A stretch of 64,000 nucleotides of DNA from Bacillota bacterium (GTDB taxonomy: Bacteria > Bacillota > UBA994): NCBI GenBank assembly GCA_009773495.1, contig WSXW01000002.1, forward strand, positions 50,864 through 114,863, in the 5' to 3' direction. Shown here in pieces: positions 49,979-59,586 of the stretch. The translations under genes and the position numbers were made by a program. The notes under the pieces were generated by a model. That model worked only from the letters and a program-made list of their open reading frames with translations, did no database searches and was not told where the DNA came from. Numbering within the stretch: position 1 is the stretch's first letter; each line of letters opens with the position of its first letter.

Positions 49979-51361
49979 TTGAAAGTGCGCATAACAGACA
50001 CAACCCTCCGGGACGGGCAGCAGTCTCTACTAGCTACCCGGATGAGAACAGAGGATATGCTTCCTCTCTGTGCTGAGCTCAATAGGGCTGGATTTTTTTC
50101 CCTAGAAGTATGGGGTGGGGCTACATTTGATAGCTGTCTACGTTTCCTAAACGAAGATCCCTGGGAAAGACTCCGTAGCCTGCGTAAAGCTCTGCCTGAT
50201 ACAAAGTTGCAGATGCTCCTGCGCGGCCAAAATATCCTTGGTTACAAACACTATGCGGACGATGTAGTGCGTGAGTTTGTGCGCCTGGCCATTAAGAATG
50301 GTATTGACATCATTCGCGTATTCGACGCTCTAAACGATACTCGCAACATGGAAACAGCTATTAAAGCTATAAAAGAGTTCGGCGGGCATGCACAAGGCAC
50401 AGTTGTTTACACCATTAGCCCTTTGCATAGCGCAGACAAATTTGTAGAGACCGCTCGAACCTTAGTCGGCATGGGCGTGGACTCACTCTGTCTTAAGGAT
50501 ATGGCCGGTCTTATCTCCCCGACAGTTGCTTATGATCTAGTTAAGCGCTTCAAGAAAGAATTCAATATGCATGTTGCTCTGCACTCGCATTATACTAGTG
50601 GCATGGCATCTATGGCTTATCTTAAGGCCGTGGAAGCAGGGGTAGACTCCATTGATACAGCTCTATCACCGCTTGCTCTTGGCAGCAGCCAACCGTGCAC
50701 AGAGACTATGGTGGCTGCGCTACAAGGAACAGAGTATGACACAGGACTAGATATCGCCTTGCTCTCTAGTATAAGTGAAAGATTAAAGAAGTTTAAGGAT
50801 GCCTACCCTGAGGCCAAGATAGCTACTTTCTCTGTGGACACCAATGTTTTAACCTATCAGATCCCTGGCGGTATGATATCTAACTTTATTTCGCAGTTAG
50901 GCGATCAAATCGATAAGTTGCCACAGGTATTAGAGGAAGTCCCCCGTGTTCGTGCCGATCTAGGCTTCCCCCCCCTGGTGACTCCAACTAGCCAGATCGT
51001 CGGGTCGCAATCTGTACTTAATGTCGTAGGTGGAGGACGCTACAAAATGGTATCTAACGAGGTAAAGAATTACCTTGCCGGTCAATACGGTCGTCCACCA
51101 GGTAAGATTGATGAGGCTTTCCGCAAGATCCTGATAGGAGATATGCCTGTTATCGACCACCGTCCCGCTGATTCGCTGGCGCCTGAACTTCCCGCCGCCA
51201 AGAAGGAAATCGCCGCCTTCATGGAGAACGAAGAAGATGTGCTATCATATGCACTCTTCCCACAGGTGGCGCTCAAGTTCCTCAAGGAACGGCAGGCTCG
51301 TAAATATGGGGTTGATTTTGACCTCGCAGAATCTGCTAAAAAAGAGGGTTACCCTGTCTAG
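49979..51361 (+). CDS. Pyruvate carboxylase subunit B / oxaloacetate decarboxylase alpha carboxyltransferase (no biotinyl domain)
   Basis: TLRDGQQSLLATRM, WGGATFD, LKDMAG, HSH, PPLVTPTSQIVG. Confidence 0.93.
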   Translation: MKVRITDTTLRDGQQSLLATRMRTEDMLPLCAELNRAGFFSLEVWGGATFDSCLRFLNEDPWERLRSLRKALPDTKLQMLLRGQNILGYKHYADDVVREFVRLAIKNGIDIIRVFDALNDTRNMETAIKAIKEFGGHAQGTVVYTISPLHSADKFVETARTLVGMGVDSLCLKDMAGLISPTVAYDLVKRFKKEFNMHVALHSHYTSGMASMAYLKAVEAGVDSIDTALSPLALGSSQPCTETMVAALQGTEYDTGLDIALLSSISERLKKFKDAYPEAKIATFSVDTNVLTYQIPGGMISNFISQLGDQIDKLPQVLEEVPRVRADLGFPPLVTPTSQIVGSQSVLNVVGGGRYKMVSNEVKNYLAGQYGRPPGKIDEAFRKILIGDMPVIDHRPADSLAPELPAAKKEIAAFMENEEDVLSYALFPQVALKFLKERQARKYGVDFDLAESAKKEGYPV

Positions 51362-51366
51362 TAGTA

Positions 51367-51399
51367 AAAGGGGAAGAGCTTAGTCTCTTCCCCTATTTT
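51367..51399 (+). terminator. Intrinsic terminator
   Basis: AGGGGAAGAG-cttagt-CTCTTCCCCT followed by ATTTT. Confidence 0.75.
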
Positions 51400-51412
51400 A
51401 TTGGAGGTGCGC

Positions 51413-52720
51413 ATGGTTTCTTTGTATTTGTTCGCAATAGTCGTCGTCTTATTTATGGTGTGGCGCGTTTTGTCCCCAGGTGATGTCCGGCTAAATCGAG
51501 TTTATCTCAGCCGTTATCTGAAGGACGGCGATGGTAACGGCCCTAGGAAGCTTAGTGTTAAACGCATTCCAGTAGTCATTCCTGCAGGGCAACCGGAAGA
51601 AAAAGTCTGTTATCATGTTGAGGCCTCTTTTGCCGATGGGAGCCACCAACAGTTAACTGCACAGGTCTTCTACCCGCTAGAAGCCCTGCAGATGGAAAGG
51701 GACAAACAGCGTAAACCCTTAGTTACCGATGATCTAAATCCCACCAGCCAACTCTCCGGATCTCCTAGCACCCCTCATTCTGACGAGATAGATAAACTCA
51801 AAGAGGATCCCCTTAAGGAGATCAACGAAGAGTATCGGATTGTGGAGCAAAAGACCGGCCTATTACAGGCAGAGATTGAGCAGTTGCGCCTGCTCAACCA
51901 ATACACTGACTTCTTTCCAAAGTTCATTAATCATGACGTAAAAAAACACATCACACTAATGGGGGCTGTGGGCGCGACCCGTTTGGATGACTTACTGAAT
52001 CAGAAGAATGTGCAGGAGGGGACAATATTACTTAGGGGCGTAGTCGAGAATTTAGCTCGTTTTCATAAAGAAGGCCAGATAATAGCAGACAACTTATTGC
52101 CTGGCATGAGTCATAACGAAGAACTCATACGCTCCCAAATAAGTGGAGCTCTTCAAGGTTTTGTGTTAGCAGGAGTGGATTTATCTGAGGTAGATATTCA
52201 CGAGGCCATTGACGCCGCGCGGGTCCTTATAGATATTAGTACAGCGGAGGTAGGACCTAAGCTGATGGATGCGTCACCCCGGGCCTTTTTCTCCCATCTA
52301 GGAGTAGTGAGGCCGTTAGACTTTGGTCGGGTTCGCAGTGACATTTCTGCCATTGATGTAGTAGAGCTCTTATGTGACCCTTCCACCGGTATTAGCCCCG
52401 AGGCAGAGATGCAGTTGTATGAGCACTATTCCAATACTCGTTTTGAGGGAGTAGAAGAACAGGCGTTGCAACTACAAATCTTGCTACGCCTAGGTATCTA
52501 CTATCGCATGGTTTTATCAGGGTTCCTAGTAATGCATTTAATGTCCTTAGCTAAGCCTGAGTCTAGGCAGCGCCCAGCCCTAGAGATAAAGTACTGGACG
52601 CCAGCAGCTCTACCACGCGCAGTGGAGAGCCTTAAGTTCTTCCTAGCACAAGACCCAGAACTCGCACGTCTGCACGCCTTACTCGCGCCAAAGCTTGACG
52701 AGTTGGCGAAGTATAAGTAG
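51413..52720 (+). CDS. Membrane-anchored APH/choline-kinase-fold protein, probable pseudokinase
   Basis: N-terminal TM; E..L..L...P; LARFH; LMDASPRA in place of HxDxxxxN; LDFG; RBS GGAGGTG. Confidence 0.6.
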   Translation: MVSLYLFAIVVVLFMVWRVLSPGDVRLNRVYLSRYLKDGDGNGPRKLSVKRIPVVIPAGQPEEKVCYHVEASFADGSHQQLTAQVFYPLEALQMERDKQRKPLVTDDLNPTSQLSGSPSTPHSDEIDKLKEDPLKEINEEYRIVEQKTGLLQAEIEQLRLLNQYTDFFPKFINHDVKKHITLMGAVGATRLDDLLNQKNVQEGTILLRGVVENLARFHKEGQIIADNLLPGMSHNEELIRSQISGALQGFVLAGVDLSEVDIHEAIDAARVLIDISTAEVGPKLMDASPRAFFSHLGVVRPLDFGRVRSDISAIDVVELLCDPSTGISPEAEMQLYEHYSNTRFEGVEEQALQLQILLRLGIYYRMVLSGFLVMHLMSLAKPESRQRPALEIKYWTPAALPRAVESLKFFLAQDPELARLHALLAPKLDELAKYK

Positions 52721-52776
52721 ACGGAACAATCAAAAATCCAATTGGATACGTACGGATGTGGACTGATGGCTGGGTG

Positions 52777-52914
52777 TACTCACTACTCATTAATCACTAA
52801 GGAGCGCTTTCCCGTTTTCCGCTTTCCGCTCAAGCTCCCGGCCGCGCCTCCGTGTACCGTGTACGCTCCACGAGGAACGCACTACGCGCTATGCGCCATG
52901 TGCTATCTGCCCTG
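52777..52914. repeat. Mosaic of heptameric tandem repeats
   Basis: TACTCAC-TACTCAT-TAATCAC; CGCTTTC/CCGTTTT/CCGCTTT; GTGTACCGTGTACGCTCCACGAGGAACGCACT (reverse complement of the 23261-23299 module); CGCTATG-CGCCATG-TGCTATC. Confidence 0.8.
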
Positions 52915-52925
52915 CGCGGCTGCTC

Positions 52926-52954
52926 TTGACTTTCCCATTCCCCGCGCATATACT
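52926..52954 (+). promoter_or_regulatory. sigA-type promoter of the valS leader
   Basis: TTGACT-N17-TATACT. Confidence 0.8.
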
Positions 52955-52960
52955 ATTTCA

Positions 52961-53184
52961 AAGGCTGTGATGGAAACAAAGGTCTTGACAAAGGCTCTAG
53001 AGAGGGAGACCTTGGCTGCAAGTCTCCTGCCGCTTATCATGTACCGAGGTCGTTCCGGAGCCCTTGGCGTGAATTTGAGTAACGCTGAGCGGGTATGCCC
53101 GTTAAAGCTTTGAGCTGTCGTATGACAGAAATTAAGGTGGTACCGCGGGACGCCCCCGCCCTTTTGGGCAGGGGCGTTTTTATT
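52961..53184 (+). promoter_or_regulatory. T-box riboswitch (Val specifier) with its terminator
   Basis: AGAGA and GGCTG..AG stem I motifs; specifier GTA at 53041-53043; T-box AAGGTGGTACCGCG at 53134-53147; terminator ACGCCCCCGCCC-tttt-GGGCAGGGGCGT-TTTT. Confidence 0.92.
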
Positions 53185-55080
53185 GTGCGCCCGGCATGGG
53201 TGTTATCTATAGGGTGGAAGTCCCGAACGGTGAAGGTAGCAGTAACCGTAGCTTAAGGCAAGGGCTGGTCGCAGACAAAGTCTGCTGCTCGCCCATGCGC
53301 CTGGGTGTCCGTGGCGACGCGGAATCTGAAGGAAGGCTTTCCTCTGGTCCGAGGAACACGAACCTCAAGTGAGGCTAGTGACAGATGGATGAGTCTGCAG
53401 TGTAAGACAAAGTCCTTGCTGCCAAAGTCTGTCGAGAGTAAATGAGGCGGGTAGATGGAGGGAAAGGTAACACTCTTACCCGGGGAGGCCTGCCAGCGTA
53501 CCGACTAATTTGGGAACTCGCACAGCGATGTGCGATTGAACTGGCAGGAGTCAGCAGAGGCCATAGTACCCGCTTTACGGGGAAGGGCCGAACATGAAAC
53601 GAGGTGAGCAAATGACAAGTTCGCGGAAAGAGCAAGGACAGCAGAAAACCCTTAACAGGTGCTCCTCGCAGGAGGAAGTGGTGAATACACAGGGGACTGT
53701 GAGAGCGCAGAGCTCTTACCCGGCACAAGTCAGGAGCTATACCTGCGGGACCGAGTATACCCTGCTGGAAGAGATGCTGAAGCTAGATAACATGATGGTA
53801 GCTCTCAAGCGCGTAGAGCAGAACAAAGGTGCAGCTGGAGTAGATAAGGTAGACGTAAAATCCTTACGCCCCTACCTCAAAGAACACTGGTTTCGCATCC
53901 GAGAAGAGTTGCTAGAGGGAACCTACAAGCCCCAGCCAGTCCGTCGAGTCGAAATCCCGAAATCCGACGGTGGCATAAGGCTCTTAGGTATTCCCACTCT
54001 AGTCGATCGTCTAATTCAGCAGGGCCTCGCACAAGTCCTAACACCAATCTTTGAACCCAGCTTCTCAAACAGTAGCTACGGCTTCAGGCCGAACCGTAGC
54101 ACCCACCAGGCAGTCAAGCAAGCCAAGCAGTACATTGAGGAAGGTTACAGGTACGTCGTGGACCTAGATCTGGAGAAGTTCTTCGACCGAGTCAACCACG
54201 ACATCCTAATGGCCCGAGTCGCCCGCAAGGTCCAAGACAAGCGGACACTTGGACTCATCAGAGCCTACCTCAATGCTGGAGTCATGGCCAATGGAGTGTG
54301 CGTAAGAAGCGAACAAGGAGTTCCGCAGGGCGCCCCTCTGAGTCCAATTCTATCGAACATAATCCTTGATGACTTAGATAAGGAACTAGAGAGAAGAGGA
54401 CACCTCTTTGTCCGTTACGCCGACGACTGCAATATCTACGTCAAGACGGCACGGGCAGGGCAAAGAGTCATGGAGGGTGTAAAGAGATTTGTAGAGGACG
54501 TACTAAAACTCAAGGTCAATGAGCAGAAAAGTGCTGTTGACCGCCCCTGGAAACGAAAGTTCCTAGGGTTCTCGTTCACACCTGAGCGTAAAACACGTAC
54601 ACGAATAGCACCCAAAGCTCGTGCTAAGTTCGAGGATAAGGTGAGGGAACTCACTAGACGTTCGCGGAGCATGAGTATGGAGAAACGAGTTGACCAGCTA
54701 AACGTGTACCTACGAGGGTGGATGGGGTACAGACACCCGAAGCGTTATTGGATCGCTAGACCAGTGGACTCGCCGACGCCTCCGCATGTGCTATTTAAAG
54801 CAGTGGAAGAAACCCCAAACAGTCTACCGCAATCTCGTCAAGCTCGGCTTAAGCCCAGACTTCGCCCGACAGCTCAGTGGCTCGGGAAAAGGATATTGGC
54901 GTTTAGCCAACACGCCTCAGGTGAACAAAGCCCTCGGTCTAGCCTTTTGGGCCAACCAAGGGCTCTTGAGTTTGGTTCAGTTATACGACAAGCACCGTAG
55001 TGTTTCGTGAACCGCCGTATACCGAACGGTACGTACGGTGGTGTGAGAGGACGGGGGTTAGTCACCCCCTCCTACTCGAT
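53185..55080 (+). mobile_element. Group IIC intron
   Basis: 5' GTGCGCCCGGCATGGG; domain V GAACCGCCGTATACCGAACGGTACGTACGGTGGT (short DV, CGC triad); 3' end CCTACTCGAT; inserted immediately after an intrinsic terminator. Confidence 0.95.
53612..55010 (+). pseudogene. ltrA: Group II intron reverse transcriptase/maturase, frameshifted at about 54731
   Basis: RT motifs GIRLLGIPT, SYGFRP, DLEKFFD, PQG, YADD; after GWMGY the maturase continues in another frame (DTRSVIGSLDQWTRRRLRMCYLKQWK...) to TGA 55010; no endonuclease domain. Confidence 0.9.
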
Positions 55081-55104
55081 TTACGTAAAAAGGAGTGTAT
55101 TAAT

Positions 55105-57744
55105 ATGTCCGCGCAAATTCCTAAGAATTATGACCCCGCTATAGTGGAGAGTAAATGGTACAAGGTGTGGACTGATGAAGGGTATTTTATCCCAGGTCCA
55201 GAGTCCAAAGGGAAGCCCTTCACGATTGTGATTCCGCCGCCTAACGTAACTGACCGTCTGCATGTCGGCCACGCCCTAAATAATGGGCTGCAAGATGCTA
55301 TTATACGTATGAAAAGAATGCAGGGCTTTGATACGCTGTGGGTACCGGGCACAGATCATGCTGGCATAGCCACTCAAAATGTAGTAGAAAGAAAGCTAGC
55401 GCGCGAGGGTAAGACTAGGCACGACTTGGGTCGCGACGCTTTCGTGACTGAGGTTTGGAAATGGAAAGAGCAGTACGGCGCCGAAATCATCAATCAGCTC
55501 AAAACTATCGGCGCATCCTGTGACTTTACCCGTGAACGGTTCACTATGGATGAGGGCTGTTCTAAAGCTGTACGGGAGACCTTTGTTCGACTGTACGAGA
55601 AGGGGCTAATTTATCGCGGCAGCTATATAGTAAATTGGTGTCCGCATTGCCGCACTGCTATCTCGGACGACGAGGTAGAGCACGAGGAAAAGCAAGGTAA
55701 ATTATGGCATGTACGGTATCTACTAGCGAATAATGGTGGCTATATCACAATTGCCACCACCCGCCCAGAGACAATTCTCGGCGATACTGCAGTTGCCGTT
55801 AACCCAGAGGATGAACGCTACGCGCACCTCATTGGCAAGGAAGTTGTAGTTCCAGCTATCGAAAGACGTATTCCCATCGTTGCAGACGCTTATGTCGATA
55901 AAGCATTCGGCTCTGGTGCGGTAAAAGTAACCCCAGCCCACGACCCCAATGATTTCGCTATTGGTGAGCGTCACAACCTACCACAAATCAACGTAATGAA
56001 CCAAGATGGGACCATGAATGAGTACGCCGGACCATTTGCAGGGCTAGACCGCTACGAATGCCGTCAGAAAGTCGTGGCTTATCTAGAGGAACAAGGCTTA
56101 GTGGACAAAATAGTTGACCATGGTATGAGCGTAGGTCAGTGCTACCGGTGTGATACTATAATTGAGCCGATTGTTTCCAAGCAATGGTTTGTTCGCATGC
56201 GTCCATTAGCGGAGCCTGCTATCCAGGCAGTAAAGGACGGTACAGTTAAATTTGTGCCGGAACGTTTCGCTAAGACTTACTTACATTGGGTAGAGAACGT
56301 TAAGGATTGGTGCATTTCACGGCAAATTTGGTGGGGTCACACACTGCCTGTGTGGTATTGCCAGTGTGGCGAAGTATTAGTGGCGACAGAGACACCCACT
56401 ACCTGCGCCAAGTGCGGTTCCCATGACCTTACTCAGGAAACAGATGTGCTCGATACTTGGTTTAGCTCCGCGTTGTGGCCCTTTGAAACCTTGGGCTGGC
56501 CCGAGGACACAACGGACCTCAAGCGTTTCTTCCCTACCAGTGTTTTGGTCACAGCCTACGAGATCATCTATTTCTGGGTGGCTCGCATGGTGTTTATGTC
56601 GCTAGAGTTGACCGGTAAGCCGCCATTTAGTCAGGTTCTGATTCATGGCCTGGTACGGGATGGACAAGGTCGAAAAATGAGCAAGTCTCTTGGCAATGGT
56701 ATTGACCCACTAGAAGTAGTAAGGCAATATGGGGCCGACACCTTGCGATTTGCTTTGCTTAGCGGTAATACTCCGGGTAATGATATGAGGTTTTATACGG
56801 AGCGTCTTGAGCCAATTCGCAACTTCTGCAACAAAATATGGAACGCTTCCCGCTTCGTGCTTATGAACATGGAGGGAATAGAATTTGAGACAGGATCTCT
56901 GCCGTCAGCCGAGGAATTGACATTAGCCGACAAGTATATCTTGTCGCGCCTTGCTGATACAACTTCTCAGGTTACCAAGTTTGCTGAGAGGTTTGAATTT
57001 GGCGAAGTCACAAGGTTGCTTTACGATTTCTTGTGGAGCGAATTTTGTGATTGGTACATTGAGATGACTAAAGCAGAACTGTGGGCCGGCGGAGAGCGGA
57101 AACTAAGCACGCTTAAAGTGCTGTGCTTCACACTTTCACGTACCTTAGAGCTCCTGCACCCCTTTATGCCGTTTATCACGGAAGAAATTTGGCAGGTTTT
57201 GCCTCGCATGGGCAAAACCATAACTATGACTGCATGGCCGACAGAAATACCCTTCGCTGATGAAAAAGCGGCGAAGAGTATGGGGTTAGTAATGGACGCT
57301 ATTCGCGCTATTCGTAACATCAGAGCAGAAATGGGAGTTATACCATCCAAGCGCGCCGACATTGTAATAGTACCAACTGACAGTGACTACGAGGCTGTCT
57401 ACGCGGCAGGCGCACACTACGTTAAACTTTTGGCCTCTGGCAAGGAGGTAAGTGTAGCATCCCGAAGTCCGTTTGCTAAGGGCGAGGCAGTTGCTATAGT
57501 CGTCACAGGGGCTGAGGTGTATTTGCCTTTAAGCGAGTTGGTAGATGTAGCCGCAGAAATCTCACGCCTAGAAAAGGAACATGCGACGCTAGTGGCTGAG
57601 GTAAGCCGTGCATCCACGAAGCTTCAGAATGAGGGTTTCTTAGCCAAGGCCAGAGCTCCCTTGATTGAGCAGGAACAGGCTAAGCTTGCTGAATACGAGG
57701 CTAAGCTCGCACAAGTGGAAAGGAGGTTGTCCGAACTTAAATGA
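55105..57744 (+). CDS. valS: Valine--tRNA ligase
   Basis: PPPNVT..LHVGH, DWCISRQ, KMSKS, C-terminal coiled coil; true start ATG 55105 after AAGGAG. Confidence 0.98.
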   Translation: MSAQIPKNYDPAIVESKWYKVWTDEGYFIPGPESKGKPFTIVIPPPNVTDRLHVGHALNNGLQDAIIRMKRMQGFDTLWVPGTDHAGIATQNVVERKLAREGKTRHDLGRDAFVTEVWKWKEQYGAEIINQLKTIGASCDFTRERFTMDEGCSKAVRETFVRLYEKGLIYRGSYIVNWCPHCRTAISDDEVEHEEKQGKLWHVRYLLANNGGYITIATTRPETILGDTAVAVNPEDERYAHLIGKEVVVPAIERRIPIVADAYVDKAFGSGAVKVTPAHDPNDFAIGERHNLPQINVMNQDGTMNEYAGPFAGLDRYECRQKVVAYLEEQGLVDKIVDHGMSVGQCYRCDTIIEPIVSKQWFVRMRPLAEPAIQAVKDGTVKFVPERFAKTYLHWVENVKDWCISRQIWWGHTLPVWYCQCGEVLVATETPTTCAKCGSHDLTQETDVLDTWFSSALWPFETLGWPEDTTDLKRFFPTSVLVTAYEIIYFWVARMVFMSLELTGKPPFSQVLIHGLVRDGQGRKMSKSLGNGIDPLEVVRQYGADTLRFALLSGNTPGNDMRFYTERLEPIRNFCNKIWNASRFVLMNMEGIEFETGSLPSAEELTLADKYILSRLADTTSQVTKFAERFEFGEVTRLLYDFLWSEFCDWYIEMTKAELWAGGERKLSTLKVLCFTLSRTLELLHPFMPFITEEIWQVLPRMGKTITMTAWPTEIPFADEKAAKSMGLVMDAIRAIRNIRAEMGVIPSKRADIVIVPTDSDYEAVYAAGAHYVKLLASGKEVSVASRSPFAKGEAVAIVVTGAEVYLPLSELVDVAAEISRLEKEHATLVAEVSRASTKLQNEGFLAKARAPLIEQEQAKLAEYEAKLAQVERRLSELK

Positions 57745-59003
57745 AGTATTCTCAGGTAGTTGACTACATCCATGGATTAGGGCGTTTTGGTAGCAGACCG
57801 GGCCTTTCGCGCATTTCTGCAGCCTTAGCACACTTAGGCAACCCACATGAGGGGTTAAACGTTGTTCATGTAGCAGGTACTAACGGCAAAGGCTCAACCT
57901 GTAGCATGATGGCCAGCATCTTTCGGGCAGCAGGTTTGCATACTGGCCTCTATACCTCGCCCTATCTCGATTCCTTTACCAATCGCTTTGGGTTAGACGG
58001 GCAGGATATTACCCCAGATGAACTTGTCGCAGTGGTGGAAGATATTAGGCCTGTGGCCGAAAGAGAGGGTCTTACACAGTTTGAGTTTATCACCGCGTTA
58101 GCGTTCTATTACTATAAATCTCGGCAAATAGACATGTTGGTCCTCGAAGTCGGGCTTGGAGGTAGACTCGATGCCACCAACGTAGTCACGCCCCTAGTCA
58201 GCGCAATCACTAACATTGGATTTGATCATATGGAGATCTTGGGTAATACATTAGGCAAGATTGCCTATGAGAAAGCCGGTATTATTAAGCCTGGTGTCCC
58301 GGTAGTTACATCAGTAGACGCCCTTGAGGCCTTGCATGTTATTGCAGGTATTGCTCAAGCTAAGTCAGCACCACTTAGGGTATGGGGGAAGGATTTTTAC
58401 AGTAGGCCTATCTCGGGGGATTTAAATAGTCAAACCTTTGATTACTCTGGTTGGGTAAACTTGGGAAGTCTCGAGTTGAAACTGTTAGGACCTCATCAGG
58501 TAGTCAATGCCGGGCTTGCTGTAGACGTTGCTCTAGGATTACAGCTATCGATTACTGCGGGGCAGATACGACAGGGGTTAAGGGAGGCCCTCTGGCCTGG
58601 GCGTTTTGAGATCATGCGCACTTGCCCATGGGTAATTATGGATGGTGCTCATAACAGCCATGGCGCTCTTGCACTAAGTCGTACTCTTGATGCGCTCCTG
58701 CCGAATCGTAAGATACGGCTTGTAACAGGAATTCTAAGTGACAAAGAACCTGCGGAGTTGCTAAGATTGTTAAAGCCCCATGTTTTACAAGTCTACGCCT
58801 GTGCTCCAAGTATACCTCGCGCTACGAATGCAACAGAACTTGCGAGTATAGCAAGTGAGTTAGGTCTAGCAGCCGCACCGTATGAAAGCGTGGCTATTGC
58901 ACTCCAAACGGCAGTACGTGACGCGTCCCCCGAGGATGTCGTTTTGGTAGCGGGTTCGCTCTATACTGTTTCCGAAGCAAGAGTAGGGTTGGCGGCTCTT
59001 TGA
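57741..59003 (+). CDS. folC: Folylpolyglutamate synthase/dihydrofolate synthase
   Basis: HVAGTNGKGS, EVGLGGRLDATN, WPGRFE, DGAHN, GSLY. Confidence 0.97.
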   Translation: MKYSQVVDYIHGLGRFGSRPGLSRISAALAHLGNPHEGLNVVHVAGTNGKGSTCSMMASIFRAAGLHTGLYTSPYLDSFTNRFGLDGQDITPDELVAVVEDIRPVAEREGLTQFEFITALAFYYYKSRQIDMLVLEVGLGGRLDATNVVTPLVSAITNIGFDHMEILGNTLGKIAYEKAGIIKPGVPVVTSVDALEALHVIAGIAQAKSAPLRVWGKDFYSRPISGDLNSQTFDYSGWVNLGSLELKLLGPHQVVNAGLAVDVALGLQLSITAGQIRQGLREALWPGRFEIMRTCPWVIMDGAHNSHGALALSRTLDALLPNRKIRLVTGILSDKEPAELLRLLKPHVLQVYACAPSIPRATNATELASIASELGLAAAPYESVAIALQTAVRDASPEDVVLVAGSLYTVSEARVGLAAL

Positions 59004-59085
59004 GATGCCAACCCTTTCTCCTAGGCAGGAAAAACAGAGCTTCGTGTCGAAAAAACGATATAGTCTGAAATCTAAGTTTTTGGTA

Positions 59086-59103
59086 TTGCTAACGATATAA
59101 TAA
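59086..59103. promoter_or_regulatory. Possible Rex operator (weak)
   Basis: TTGCTAA-cgat-ATAATAA versus clostridial TTGTTAA-N4-TTAACAA. Confidence 0.3.
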
Positions 59104-59139
59104 GGTTGATTTTTACATGCTTTTGAATGGAGGAGCGGC

Positions 59140-59586
59140 GTGGTAGACAACGGAGTTTTAGATGTTGCATATCCGGTAGTCGGAGGCGATTTCGGTCAAG
59201 CAGGGGAGGGCGCGTCTAAACTCAAGCGTGTCCTCCAGCAAATCGGGCTTGCGCCAAGCATGGTAAGGCGCATTGCGGTAGCCTCCTATGAGGCCGAGCT
59301 AAATATTGTAATTCACGCTTTTAGTGGGATGCTCAAGGCGAAAATAACGGCGAGCAAAGTAGAAGTCTGGGCAGAAGATCAAGGTCCGGGTATTCCCAAT
59401 GTGGAGTTGGCTATGACTGAAGGTTATTCTACTGCACCCGATCACATTCGAGCTCTCGGCTTTGGTGCGGGTTTGGGCTTACCTAATATTCGCCGCAATG
59501 CAGACGCCATGGAGATAACAACAGCTTTGGGCACAGGTACTACAGTATATATGGCGTTCAGCAATGTAGTGAGGAAAGAGCAGTGA
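59140..59586 (+). CDS. Anti-sigma regulatory factor / RsbT-like Ser/Thr kinase
   Basis: YEAELNIVIHA, D.GPGI, GYST, GFGAGLGLPNI (GHKL boxes). Confidence 0.88.
   Translation: MVDNGVLDVAYPVVGGDFGQAGEGASKLKRVLQQIGLAPSMVRRIAVASYEAELNIVIHAFSGMLKAKITASKVEVWAEDQGPGIPNVELAMTEGYSTAPDHIRALGFGAGLGLPNIRRNADAMEITTALGTGTTVYMAFSNVVRKEQ

Noticed and set aside
52742-53113. 123-aa ORF, and similar ORFs at 23136-23432, 26652-27098 and 47047-47292
   Set aside because: They run through heptamer repeats, the T-box or antisense to real genes; no RBS and no family motifs
54786-55010. Separate 74-aa gene
   Set aside because: It is the frameshifted C-terminus of the intron RT/maturase
53612-55010. Retron, DGR or defence-type reverse transcriptase
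   Set aside because: The RT is embedded in clear group II intron RNA (GTGCG start, DV/DVI end); no template/variable repeat pair or msr-msd was seen
55000-55104. 35-aa N-terminal extension of ValS in the ORF track (MFREPPYTERYVRWCER...)
   Set aside because: It is a chance read-through of intron domains V-VI; the real RBS and ATG are at about 55090-55105
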